The notes: generated from the sequence alone by a model not told the origin. Shown: positions 37,870-50,790, counted from the first letter of the stretch. The stretch: 64,000 nt of DNA from Ginglymostoma cirratum (GCA_024137785.1 JAHRHZ010000116.1:186001-250000), one strand, 5' to 3'. Made by a program: numbers and translations.

Positions 37870-38050
37870 GGCATTGTCATGCATTACTCTTTACTGAGTC
37901 CCATTGTGAATGCTGATCCCTACGGAATTAAAACAATAATAACACAGGCCTGGATCTGCAATTATGAATCTGTATCAGTAAATTACGAGGTCAGATTGCA
38001 GAGAAAATGCACAGGGAATTATTACGAGGATACAGCCTGATCCAACCATG
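37870..38050 (-). pseudogene. 3' fragment of a V relic with RSS
   Basis: ADPGLCYYCFNSVGISI followed by CACAATG (37908-37902), 23 nt and GACAATGCC. The 5' part is cut by CR1 insertions. Confidence 0.45.
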
Positions 38051-38059
38051 TTCACCTGT

Positions 38060-40235
38060 TATGGACTCATGGAGTCATAATGCACAGAAATAGTCATTTC
38101 AGGCCAACTTGTCCATGCTGACTAGGAATCCCAAAATGAACTATTCCCATCTGGCTCCGACTGCCCCATATTCCTCGAAAACTTTCCTATTCATAATCTC
38201 TCCAAACGTCCTTTGAATTTTGCAATTCTGTGGTGCCTATCCATTCATATGGCAGCTCTGTCCACATATACATTGCTTTCTGCGTGAATTCATCGCCTTA
38301 ATACACCTTTTTAAATAGTTTTTTCCGTCTCAACTGTGCCTTCTAGTTTTGGACTCACATGCCCTTTTGTAAAAAGGAAGACACTTGTATTCACTTTTCG
38401 CTGCTCCTCATGATATTAAAAACCTCGTAAAGGTCAGCCGCCAGGCTTTTCCATTCCAGGCGACAAACTCCAAATGTGACCAGGCTCTCCTGATAACTCA
38501 AACCCTTCAGAGCTGGCAACATTCTTGTATTTTATTTCTGTACTCTTTCAAGTTTAACAATGCACTTCGTACAGCAGGGTGGCCAGAATGGAAAACATTC
38601 TTCTCAAAGTTGTCTCTCCAATGTCCTGTACAACTGCAACAGGTTGTGCCAAATCCTATATTCAATGCTCTGACCAATGAAGGCAAACGTGCCAAACGCC
38701 TTCTTCACCACCACATCTACCTGCAGTAAACCACTTAACGAATAACGAGCCTGCACAACTCTGTTCAACAATACTGCCCAGTGTATGACTATCAATTTTT
38801 AAGTCTTGTTCCGAATTGTTTTACCAAAACAAAAATCTTTCAGGTAATAAAATTAAACTCCACCAGAGACTTCTGTGTCCTTTTGGCCCTCCCAATCAAT
38901 ATATCGTGTACTTATTGATAACCTTCCGCACTGCTCACTGTGCCAACTAGTTTGGCATTATCTGCAAATTTACTAACCATGATCCCCATATTCTGATCAT
39001 TATCATTGACATAAATAAAGTTCATGTAAATAAATAAATGAGGAGGCATGGGATTCATGTAATTTGGCTGTCTGGATACAAAATTGGATGTCCATTATAA
39101 GACAAAGGGTAGTAGTAGATGGAAAGTATACAGCCTGGAGCTCGGTGACCAGTGATGTTCTGTCGGGATACGTTCTGGGAGCTCTGCTCATTGTGATCTT
39201 TATAAATGACTTGGATGAGGAAGTGGAAGGGTGGGTTAGTAAGTTTGCCAATGACACGAAGATTGGTTGAGCTGTGGATAGTGTGAACTTAGTGTAAGTT
39301 GTAATGGGATATTGACAGGATGCAAATCTGGGCAGGGAAGTGGCAGATGGAAGTCAACCCGGAAAAGTGTGAAGTGATTCATTTTGGTAGGTCAAATTTG
39401 AATGCAGAATCCAGGGTTAATAGTAGGATTAGGGTCCACACCATAGATCTCTCAAATGTACTCTCCAAGTTGATAGGATTGTTAAGGAGGCGCATGCTGC
39501 GCTGGCTTTCATTGGTAGGGGAATTGAGTTTAAGAGCGAGGTTATGCTGCAGCATTATAAAACTCTTGTTAGATGACTCTTGTAGTAATGTGTTCAGCAC
39601 TGTTCGCCTCTTGATCGGAAGTATGTGGAAGCATTAGAGCGGGTGCAGAGGAGATTTACCAGGACGTTACCTCGATTGCAGGGCAAGTCTTATAAGCAAA
39701 GTTTGAAGGAGCTTAGCCTTCCCTCTTTAGCGCGAAGAAGCATGAGAGGTGACTTGATAGAGGTGTACAAGATGATGTGAGGCATACATATGGTAGATTG
39801 CCAGATACTTCCTCCCCCCCACAAACCAGGACAAAAATGGCTATTACGAGGGGACATAATTTTAAGGTGATTGGAGCATGGTATAGTGGAAATGTCAGAT
39901 GTAGGTTATTTACACAGAGAGTAGTGGTTCCCTGGAATGCGCTGTCAGCAGTGGTAGCGGAGTCAGATGCATCATGGACATTTAAGCGATTCTTGGATAG
40001 ACACATGGATGACAGTAAATGTAGTATATGCAGGGTCGTTTGATCATGGTGAAGGATAATATGTCAGTACTACATCGTGGGCCAAATAGCCTGTACTGTT
40101 CTATATTCTACATTCTATGTTCTTTGTAGCAGCAATCGTCCAAGAAATACCCCTGTGGCATACCGCTGTTCACTGGCCTCCAGTCTGAGTATCAACGCTG
40201 TACGACCACCATCCCTTCTATCATCAAGTCAATTT
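38060..40235 (-). mobile_element. Older CR1 (38060-39030 and 40125-40235) split by a younger CR1
   Basis: Minus-strand RT remnants (VVKKAFGTFAFIGQSIEYR) resume on the far side of the plus-strand insert. Confidence 0.75.
39045..40120 (+). mobile_element. CR1 LINE 3' fragment
   Basis: IFINDLDEEVEGWVSKFANDTKIG, WQMEVNPEKCEVIHFG; (TTCTAT)n-like tail. Confidence 0.9.
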
Positions 40236-41348
40236 AGTTATATGCGGTAGAAATGTAGCAACTGACATTCACTACAATTCTGGATTCAATTCATACGTTT
40301 CATGACCCATTAGGAAACCATGAGAAGAATGAGCGATCGTCTGGCTGAAACATGAAATATCCTGAATGACCATGACCGAGCAGCTACTGAGAAGACATTT
40401 TCACTTTTCAGGGCCTGTGTGAACAAGTTTAAAATCAATGGAGCTTCCAGTTAAACTGGTGTTATGAGGCGAACTTTCTCTCAGCTGGTCTTGAGTCTTT
40501 TGGAAGCCTATTCCACAGAAATCAGCAGAGGCTTGGTCATTAATGCATTCACAGTTGAATTAGACAAAGCTTTGATCTGCAACATTAAAAAAAAAAGTAC
40601 TGTCGGGTTTGTATGCAAGTGGCGTTCATTTCGCAGACAAATTAGTTAGGATCTTCTTAAGCAGCAAAGCAGGATGGTATGGCCAAATGATCTGCTTTCT
40701 TGCTCCATAGGATCTTTTTCAGCTGCACGGAGCTAAATGCATAAATCAATTTTCATTCTTAAATTTCGTGAATACTGTGCCTATCAACCAAGTGACACTT
40801 TCTAAATATTATCAAACCTCAAGAGTACCTCAGGGGTTATTACCTTAGGTACGTTTAAAATTAGCAGACAATTAATCATTTCCTTGATGGACTTTATCTA
40901 AAAATAGACAATCATTGTGTATATTCAGCACTGTATTGATTGGTTAGGTTCATATAAGAATAATCTTAAATTAGTTGTCTTTTTGTCTCATGTAGAGAGA
41001 ATGGTTTACGTTTCTGGTTTCAGAGTCAACTTCAAATAAAAGTGGCACGTGAAAGCCAAGAAGTGGCTAGATTCTGAAATATGTGAAACGTTTAACTGCA
41101 GTGAGAAAGACATCGAGAACAAAAATAGAAGAAAGCCATTCCAGTGTATTTTAGCATCCAACTCAATCTGATTCATCCACTGGTGTCGATGAACCTGATA
41201 ATCCAGCCAATTACAGCACAAGCAAACGCCCTTTTATTGCCCAATTAATTAAACCTGTCTAGGTTCTGAGCTCAATCAATGGCATCAGCCGAGAAAACCA
41301 GACACATTTTACAAAATTGTTTTTTTTTTTGCTATCGAACCTGATATC

Positions 41349-41747
41349 ATGTGTTCCCTCTGCACATTACCGACAATATTAGTTGTGCTACCAGATGAAT
41401 CTGACCGAAAAACTTCAATGTGTGATGCATTGATTCCAATTAGTCATCTACCCTGCGTGTTTGTTCCAGGAATGAACGTCGAAAATTGAGTTTCCCAAGA
41501 TCCACCTCAATGATCGGTTTAGGAAGGACAGACTGCAATATTGAAGACTACATGATGAATTACACTTCGGGTACATCGGAGATAGTTACTGAAGCGGTAA
41601 GACAAGGATGGGGGGCACTGGTGTCCAGATTTGCCTGAATGATTTTCTTCTCATTTGAACAAGATAAACAAAAATGATTGATTTAAGTATCGCTAGGCCT
41701 CGTGCCTCTCATTTTACCATCTTCCACTTTGCACTGCGATCCACATG
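41349..41747 (+). pseudogene. TRAV-like V pseudogene related to family D, internally deleted
   Basis: Leader MCSLCTLPTILVVLP with donor GT->AT. Exon 41470-41741 reads VSQDPPQ*SV*EGQTAIL..PDLPE*FSSHLNK..IDLSIA..FHFALR, then CACATG. Confidence 0.7.
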
Positions 41748-42487
41748 ATGAGTTATAAATATAATCAAAGCAACATTAAAAATAACACGCATGAAATCGT
41801 TTAATTTTTTCCTTTGGTGCAGAATGTTGGACATTCGATACGAAGTTGTGTGCAACATTCGTTGTCAGCGAGCAACACTTTTCACGGTAGACTCTGGCAC
41901 TGAGTCAAAAAACAACATTAACTATTACCCATAACTGAACGAATTCAAAGACTACCTCGTGCTAACTGTTCAGAACAGGAGATATCGCTTGTTATATTGC
42001 TAATTTTTACATCAAACAGCGGTGGTTGTTTGGCTGGCAAGAACATTGCAAACTGATGTCGCTAATTAAGTGGTCACGAATGAAAATAATGGATTTGGGG
42101 ATAGTGCAGGAAAGTCGTTATGAGGCACATCATCCTGATCGAATAGAAGAACAGTTTTGAAGGATCAAATGTTCTGCACTAGTTCCTATTCTCACTGTTG
42201 TGTCAATCATCTCGCTAATGTCTTGGACGAAAGGAGAAAAAGTAATTAGATGTCGCCTGGTGACTCTGTCAGGAATGAAAAGAAACAGTTTGCAGAAAGG
42301 CTAGGTATGGCAAACATTTCCTCAGCTCTGAGCTGAAATATTTCAGATTTTTCTCTTTCACTTCAAGCCGTCCATCAGTTCTGAGTTGAAACAATTTTCT
42401 TCAAATCTCCCTGTGCATATCGCTCATCAGCTCAACAATCATGTTGCCTGTTACTTTTTCTACGTTAATGACAAAGGTATTCACCAT

Positions 42488-42780
42488 GGGTGGTGCGGTG
42501 GACCAGTGGCTAGCTTTACCTCCTCGCAGTGCTACGAACACGGTTTCAATTTCACTGTTGCATGTCTGTCTGTGTGGAGTTTACGCATTCTTCCCAGATC
42601 TGCGCGGGATTCTTCTGGGAGCCTCGGTTTTCTCCCACAATCCAATGATGTGTATGTAGGATGAATTAGCTGTGCTAAATGACCTGTAGTGTTTAGTGGG
42701 AAGAGTCTGGGTGCGATTTTCTGAGAGGCCATGTGGACTTACGGCACCAGACGGCCTGTTTCCACACGGTAGGTTTTATA
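42488..42780 (+). mobile_element. HE1-type V-SINE
   Basis: tRNA-like head, then the V-domain core TGTCTGTGTGGAGTTT.C.CATTCT.CCC..TCTGCG.GGG..CGGTTTTCTCCCACA.TCCAA and tail GGCCTGTTTCCACAC. Confidence 0.85.
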
Positions 42781-43067
42781 TGGTCTCTGTTTAAATAAGT
42801 TCACCAATTAATAAAATATTGACAAGGTCATTTTTTAAAAAAAAAATAATTGTTTTCTGTCTATTTACAATGCTTTCTATTACCTTGATGGCGTGATTTG
42901 ATCGAAGTGATAACGTATGACTTCATTTCCCTTCAGTTTCTTTTTTAAGGATTAATTGTGCAGACCCCCGTATTCCAGGAGCCTGCGAATTAAACCGGTT
43001 TGAAGGCGACTCTGTGACCATTAACTTTAGTCATCAGCTCAAAATTGCTGATTTGTATTCCTTTCAG

Positions 43068-43208
43068 ATGTGCGGTCAAGACACAATAAGTGTCCCACTG
43101 ATCCCACAATACGAAGATCTTTTCAGGACATTGTACATACGTTCTGCGTTTTCCCCTTCTCAGGAGAGACACAGTGATAGTAAGCAGAGCGAAACCCAGA
43201 CAGAAACA
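43068..43208 (+). pseudogene. Internally deleted mini-V (102-nt exon) with near-consensus 23-RSS
   Basis: Acceptor TTCCTTTCAG; CGQDTIS..(FR1) fused to SAF..ER. RSS CACAGTG 43170-43176, 23 spacer, ACAGAAACA 43200-43208. Confidence 0.65.
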
Positions 43209-44639
43209 CTGCTGTCATGGGTCAAAGTGAGTGGAATTGGGGTGGAAGGCAGAGAGGGCGTGCAAACTGCAAACAATCCTGGACTTTCTAAACATTTTAT
43301 TGAAGAGCGTTGACTTGAGATATATCGACATATTCAATACAAATTAATAGATGCAGCATTAGAGACTGTATCCTCTCTTCTATTATATTGGTTATATACT
43401 GAAGTGCTTATATTTCTTAAAGTTTTGTGACAGCAAGTTTTGCCAGAGGCGATAGTTTCGTGGTATTATCCCTAGATTTCTCATTCAGAGACACACGTAA
43501 TGTTCTGGGGACCCGTATTCGAATCTTGCCATGGTAGATGGCATAATTTGAGTTCAGCAACTACTTGTAATTAAGATTCTAATGAAAAACGTGAGACCAT
43601 TGTGGAAAACATCAGCTAACTTTCTGCATCAGTAGTCTACCACAAAAATAAATAGTCTATCACTCTTTCTCAAAATCTTTGCTTTTGAATTATATTTCTC
43701 GTTTCCTTTTGAACGTTAGTAATAAAATTCTTTGCATCATCCTTTTAAGCAATGCTTTACAAATGGTTTAAACTCATCGGTAGGTTTAAAGCTGATTGAA
43801 AAAGACAATGTTTTGGAATCATGTATCAGAGCATTCAGGTATTTTTTCTTTATCTGTTAATGAAACTACGAAAATTTTAAGAGAAGCCTACAGATCCATT
43901 CGAATATCTCCATCCACGATTTTGCTAAGGTGTTACTTAATATGTAATTTAACTGTGCTTCTTCTAAACAAATCAGGGTTGTAACACAAACTAGTTCAAA
44001 TATGAGAGAATTATCAAGTTTCACTTTCAAACGGGAATCTTAAACCTGCCTCTTTACTCTCAGTGAATCAGAAATCACAAACGCACACATCTATGTGTTT
44101 CAGTTCTCCAGTAGAAACAGTAGAAACACGAGGTATACAAATCCATTGACGAATGCAATGGAGGAAGAATGTATGGAGTTTGTAGTAAATATTTCTGAAG
44201 CAGCAGTTTGAAAGACCAAATAAGAATACCCTTGTTTTCGGTTAATTATTTTGTAGACAGAAAGGGCAAATACTAAAATTTCTTTTAAGAACCCTTGTTG
44301 AATAATGGCCATCATATTATGGAAATTTTCATCTAGTGTCAAAGTGATGTAGTTCGTTTTGGAACTAAGGTCTCAAACAAAAACAATGAAAACTATAAAG
44401 ACTGCTGTTGTAAATTGACTGTGATGGATTGTAAAATGCAGAAAATCATTTGAAAATCTAAAAGTATGAGGACATATTACAATATCTACAATGAATATTC
44501 ATTGCTCAAAAAGGGAAATATGCAGCACAGGAAAGAAATTAAACTGTTGCTGATAAAAATAACTTAACGATTATATTAGATGAAAGATACGAGGAAGTTC
44601 AGAGAAAAAAGGTGAAGAGCAAAAGTTGCATATTTACGT

Positions 44640-45110
44640 GAAAGTCAGGGAAAAATAAATGCAAAGCCCAGCTGGATTAGCACCCAGACCATCAACCTCA
44701 AAATTCACTGCCTTTCAGTGATGCATGTTTGCAGAAGTGCAGTCCATCGACAAGATGTACTGCAGTGACTCACCAAGTCTCCTCCAACAGAACCCTCTCA
44801 CGCCCTTTACAAATTCATTCTCAAGCCATAAAGCACCGTGACATGGACACATATCGTATTCTTTCATTATCACTTGGTCAAGGTCTTGAAGCTCACTTCC
44901 TAAAGACAATGTGTGTGCTGCAGAGCAACAAGGCATGCAGACATTCCAAAAGGCAGCTCACCGCCATCTTCTCGCATTCAGTTGCGATTGGTCAAAGCCT
45001 CTCTCCACATTTCTCCCTTGAAAGTAACGCAATACCTCACTCTGTTGGCAGCTCAACTCCACTGCACAGGCAGCGTTTGAAAATCATCAGGGATTAAGTC
45101 AGAGGAAAGT
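44640..45110 (+). mobile_element. CR1/L2-superfamily LINE 3' fragment
   Basis: Same family as 24930-25590, opposite strand (CAAGATGTACTGCAG..AAGGCAGCTCACC.CCATCTTCTC). Confidence 0.55.
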
Positions 45111-45920
45111 CAGCAGCCTGAAACATCATTCGAACTGACAACAATATCAACTTACACATAATTATGGAGTCTTCAAGTGTGAATCAGTCACTGTGTACTG
45201 CCAGCGGTAAATCAAAGTATATGAAGAAGAAAGATCAAGAAACGACAAATCTTAAAAGCCGAAAGTGTCACCACAGCGATCTCTGAACAAGGGGCAGTGA
45301 AATGTCAGCTCAGTTTTTCCTGCCACCAATTGTGTGCATGCCCAGTCTGCACCTAAGGACAATGGGTTGGTAGTGGTTCATTCGTTGAGAGTTTCAACTG
45401 ATCGAGTAATAAATCATCATTCATATTGTTTTAACCTGCACCTGGAATGTACGCTTTTGTAATAAATGCTAATTACATTAAGTAAAGAACCAGGTTCGTG
45501 TTTTCTGTTATTTGGCCCGTAAATGACGGGTAAATTGGAGATTATGTGAACTTTGATGATGTTTTTTTCTCTTTGGTTACCTCTAAGAACAGCAGATCTT
45601 ACGGCTGTACAGGCATTACAAACATTCATCTGCATTCGGAGATATAAGTTTTAAATTTCTTACATCTTGGGAGATCTCTCCCTGGCTTTATATTTGTTTA
45701 TTTTTGCTGGACATTGAAATTAGATTTCCAATTCCCTAAATAACACAGAGTAAGCTTCAAAATTGCTCCAATATATCAAATGCAGTTGTCCTCAACCATG
45801 AATATAAAAACGGTCCTCCCTTCGTTACTATTAGGACAATCAGAATCAGCGGAAGTCTTCTCTCAAGTCGAGACAACTACTATTTCAATAAATGATTCAA
45901 AAGACGCGATACCCTCTGAG

Positions 45921-46013
45921 ATAACAAGGTGTAGAGCTGGATGAACACAGCAGTTCAGGCAGCATCAGAGGAGTAGGAAAGCTGACGTTTCGGGTCTGGA
46001 CCCTTCTTCAGGA
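45921..46013 (-). mobile_element. 93-bp Penelope terminal-repeat unit with hammerhead-like core, flanked by 10-bp direct repeats
   Basis: ACCCTCTGAG at 45911-45920 and 46014-46023. The minus strand reads CTGAAGA-A-GGGTC-CA-GACCC-GAAAC-GTC. Confidence 0.8.
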
Positions 46014-46254
46014 ACCCTCTGAGGGATATGTTTTCACTCATCTGTCTTAAAAACCGAAAATTATAAATGAGCTCTTGAAATAGATGTGCTGCATTCTGAA
46101 ATATCTGCCGCTTGTGCTGTAGCTTGGATTCGCCACCAGATGAGAGCATTATATCATTTTAATCAGAAGACAACAACAGTCGAGAGGCTTTCAAACTGCA
46201 ATTCACTCAATATAAAGGCAGAAGCATTTCCAATTGCGTGCAGTGATCAACGCA

Positions 46255-46274
46255 CACAAACACATGCAGATAGG

Positions 46275-46313
<39 letters not shown>

Positions 46314-46335
46314 GAAAACACGCACGAAAACACAT
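46255..46335. repeat. (CA)n microsatellite
   Basis: Direct reading. Other tracts lie at ~7840-7885, 35385-35415, 46880-46915 and 60095-60125. Confidence 0.9.
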
Positions 46336-46364
46336 AGAAACACGGACAGGAACATGCACATATC

Positions 46365-46782
46365 ATCATCATCAACAACATCAGGGATCCTGCGCAGATG
46401 TGGATGACTATTTTTTCACTCTCAGCCTGATTCTATGCATGTTTCATGCCTTCCTAGGTGCTCCATCTCCACTTTGGCCAGTCGTAGACCTGTGATTACC
46501 AGATGTCTGTGAGATTGCTACACTTTACTACTTCGGCCTTGAGGGTATTAAGGACGCGCTTCTTCTCTCCACTTGCGGCTCATCTCCGGTTCTGAATCTG
46601 GGAGTAGAGCACCTGCTGTGGTTTCAGGTGTCTGCGGACGAAATCTCCATCCCAGCGTAGCAGATCATTTGTATCCAGTTCCTTGATGCCAGGGATGTTG
46701 GCCTGGTCGAGGATGCTGGTGATGACGCATCTTTCTTCCCAGTGGGTTCACAGGATCGTGTGCTGAAGCACATTGGTAGTCA
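46365..46782 (-). mobile_element. RTE-type LINE 3' fragment
   Basis: Minus-strand remnants ..SILDQANIPGIKEL..LLRWDG..PQQVLYSQ; (CAT/CAA)n tail. Confidence 0.65.
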
Positions 46783-47249
46783 CACAGAAATGAAAATATA
46801 GAGAGAGTAATACAAATAAATAGACACTCAGACAGAAAGACAGTGGAATGACACACAGAGATATCTCCTGACAGATACCTTTACACACACACAAACACAC
46901 ACACACACACACACAGAAACATAAATGTACAGTTGACAAGTACCAGGCTACCTTTACGTTTGCACGCTATCTATCGCTTCTGCTTCTATCCAAAATTTGT
47001 CAGAATCCACTTATTTGTAAGCGCCACTATAATGAATATATTACATCTTCTAGCACAGGGATTTCAGAAGCTGTTTGCTTCTGAAAAGCTGTTTGTTTAG
47101 GACAGACGTCATTCTGGAGAGATATCTGAAAGTGTATTTGCGTGTGTGTGTGTGTGGGCGAATGCACACACATATTTGTATATGAGTGCATCAGATAGAG
47201 AATGTGATTTCAGAAAGTTCACAGTTGAGGGTTATAGTACATAAAGTTC

Positions 47250-49345
47250 ACAATATATTGGGGCAGTATTTGGCCATTAGGCACATTGAATTCGGCTCCG
47301 CCATTTTGTTGTGTCTGATATACCCCTCACCCACATTTTATAGCCTTCTCCCCATAACCCTTCAACCGATTACCAATTAAAAAATCTGTCTAAGTTCTCC
47401 TTAAAATGACTCTTGGCCCGAGCTGACACCACTTTGGTGGAGCAAATTCCAGAGGTTCACAACTCTTTGGGAGAATTAATTTATCTTCAAGTCTGTTTCA
47501 AATGTGCTATCCCTTATCATAAGCCTTTGACCCCTCCTCCTCGATTGCCCCACAAGAAGCATCCACTACACCTATGTTTTATCTATAACTTTTAACAAAG
47601 TGAGTACCTCACTTTGATCTCCCAGCATTCTTCTCGATTCCAGAGGGTATCGGCATAAACTGTTCAATCTCTCTTCATACGACAATCTCTTCATCTCTGG
47701 CATCAAACTAGTGAACCTCCTCTGAGATGATTCCAAAGCCAGTACATCTTTCCTCAAATAAGGAGACCAAAGCTATGCACAATATTCCAGATGTGGTGTC
47801 AGCAATGCTTTGAATAGTTGTAACAATACCTCCTTACCATTATATTCTATTGCTTTATCTGTAAATGCCTTCACTCCATTTGCTATCTTTATTATCTGCT
47901 CTACCTACATGACAGTTTTCTGTGACTCATGAACAAGGATACCTAGATCCCTCTGCACCGGAGCACCCCAAACTCTTTTCCCATGTTCACAATAGGTCGC
48001 CTTCCCATTTTTGCTACCAAAATACATGACCTCACAATTATGCAGGTTAAAATCTATCTGCCACATTTTGGCCCATTGTCCTGGACTATCTATACACCTT
48101 TGTCTGGTTCTGGTTTTCCCTTTGTAAGTGACTGTATCGCCAATTTTTGTGTCGTCTGTAAGTTTGTCTTTCAAGACCTCTATCCCTGCATCTAGTCGTT
48201 AATGTGGGTTGTAAATAGCTGGGATCCAAGGACCGAACTCTGTAGCATCGCAGGAGTTACTTCTTTCCCTGCAGCGAAAAAAATATACCGCAACTCTCTG
48301 CCTTCTGTCCAGCAGCCAGTTACCTATCCAAGATAATAAATTACACCTAATTCCATATAATCCAATCCTGTGAAATAACCTTCTCTGTGGTATCTTACCG
48401 AATTTCTTCCAGAAGTCAGATACATTACATCGACATTATCTATTTTATTTGTTGCATCTTCGAAGAACTTATGTAAAATATTCAAACATGATTTGCATTT
48501 CATAAAGCCACGGTAACTCTAATGGACAGCGTTTTGCTTTTCCACATGTCCTGATATTGTTTCCATGATAATTGATTCTAATATTTACCAACAACGAATG
48601 TTAAACTAACTAGTATGCTCGTTCTCACATATTGTCGCCCTTCCCTTTTTGAATAAGGCGTTACATTAGCACTTTCCCTGTATCCAGTGAATTTTAGAAT
48701 ATTGTAATCAACAGATCCACTATCTCCACCGACAATCCCTGTAATATCCTTGGGTGTAGTCCATCAGGGCAGAGTTTGTTGAGTTCCTTTCTCCCTATCT
48801 ATTTGGTTCTTCTAAGATCTAACCTTGAAATTGCCTCTGACTTGCCCGTTTCAATAGGAATGGCACAATTGCGCTCCACCATGAAAACTGAGGTAAAGTA
48901 TTAATTTAGCGCCTGTCCCATTTTAGTGTTCCCACTACTGTATCTCTGGTTTCATTTTCCAAGGGACCAACTTTCACCATAGTGATTCTCTTCTAAATAC
49001 GCATATAAGTTATGATTTTTTTTTGAAATTTTATGCTCTTGTTCTTTCGTAATTTATCTCAGCACATGTTACTTTTTTGTCGTATCATTTTATTTTTGAA
49101 AGTTTTCCAATCCAGTATGGATGTCTATTTTTACCTCCTTACCATCTTTTCTTTCTCACTGGGATATAGGTTAGTTGTGAGGAATAGCATAGTTCCTGAA
49201 ACAACTGTTACTGCTCATCCGCTATTCTAACTTTAAGCCTTCTTGGTCAATCTACTTGGGCCAAATGTCTCCTCTTGCCTATATAATTTAATTTGTTTAA
49301 TTCCAGAACTGTATGGTAGGGCTGCACTTTCTTACCACCAAACCG
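47250..49345 (-). mobile_element. Old CR1 LINE
   Basis: TDDTKIG..WQIDFN..CEVMYFG..QRDLGILVH and RKDVLALESSQRRFTSLMP motifs. Confidence 0.85.
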
Positions 49346-49356
49346 AATTTTGAGAT

Positions 49357-50790
49357 ACAAATTTTGCTTTTGCTGATGGCATAGCCCGAACACTGGAAAT
49401 AAATGCTTGTATCGCATTACTCTGAGTACACACGGCTTCAAACCACGTACCAAAATTTAAGTATTAATGTTGGAACATTTCTCTTGTTGCACGGAAATTA
49501 GTACAGTGTCGTGCACAGTTTTGGATACAATAAATGAGGAAAACAGCATGAAAACATTGGATGCTGCTGTTGAAGCAAAACGCAGTGTTTTCTGGATAAT
49601 AACACGACACCAAGAAGGAAGAAGGATCTGTTCTCATTGACCATGATCGAGTGAACTTAATTTTGGATTTGAAAATTAACCTTGCTTTTTTCCAGGAAAC
49701 ACCACTAGACGGCCGTGTGAATCTTTGTTAAATGCTGAACGAGAGGAAAGGAGGCGGAGAGAGATTACAATCAAAGAGAACAGCTGTCAGTTTGAAAGGC
49801 TTTTTTTACGGAGAGAAAAACAATGAGACAAATCTTCTTCTGTAACTTCAGAAAGAAGGCGGCTCTGAGTTAGACTTCAAAAGATATAACTTGATAATGT
49901 CTGGAATTTACAAAATCCTCGTTGCTCCTTTCCGGAAGAAGTAGATCATCACGCCACATGTGGAAAAATTGAGAATGGGCAATGCATTCTATGCCAGGTA
50001 GTGACATCCATACCCTGCGAAGCAATTTTTAAAAATTGTGGTTTCCAATCAAAAACATGAAATTGGACTGGGTAGTTCGAATGGCCTCGTTCTATTTTGT
50101 TTGACTGTATGAAACCAGCTGTGGAGTTATTACAGATAAGTTATAAATTCTATCCCAGCAAGCGATGTCCGTATCCCGGAAACATGTTTTTTCTTTATGT
50201 TGCAGTTTCTAATAAGACCGGCAAAAGATCTGGAACAAATTCAGAGGTGGGCCAAGGGAGTGAAAAGAAAGAACGAAAGACAATAATGACTGAGATGCAT
50301 GCGGCAAGAGGTGAGTATGGAGCTTGTACTTCGATCTCAGAAGGAGTAAAATAAGTGTGGGACGTAATGAGAGAGATTTGGTGGCCTACTGTTTCATATG
50401 ATACACTGGCTCACACTTCACTCCTGATCGATTAATCAAAATTACCCTCTTCTTCTTGCGATTCAGGAATTTGATGAGCTATACACATGGTGTGTCTGCA
50501 AGAGTCTATCAAATTGCAATAATTTCAGAGCGATTAACTCATCTTCTGATCCCCAAAATTTGCCCAGCATCCACAACTCATAAGTCATAAGTGTAATGTA
50601 ATACTCTCCACTTACGTGGAACAGTGCAGCTCCAATTACTGCAATGACGCTCGAGACAATTCAGGACAAAACATTTCAGTTCAAATGTCCGAGGAGAAAA
50701 GACTTCCCTTGAAATTAAAATGCTTACTGCGAAGTGATATCAATTCACTGTGAAAGAAAGTATTACAATTATATTTGAAGAGTGAACATG
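49357..50790 (+). pseudogene. Putative decayed TCR J-C-connecting peptide-TM cassette
   Basis: J-like FADGIARTLEI; a 302-nt AG/GT-bounded segment with TAVSL..FY..LIMSGIY; a 105-nt exon with perfect splice sites; a weak EK.SL...MLTAK motif. Confidence 0.3.

Noticed and set aside
45157-45441. Minus-strand CACAGTG with a possible V relic upstream
   Set aside because: Poor nonamer and no recognisable framework motifs; may be a chance heptamer.
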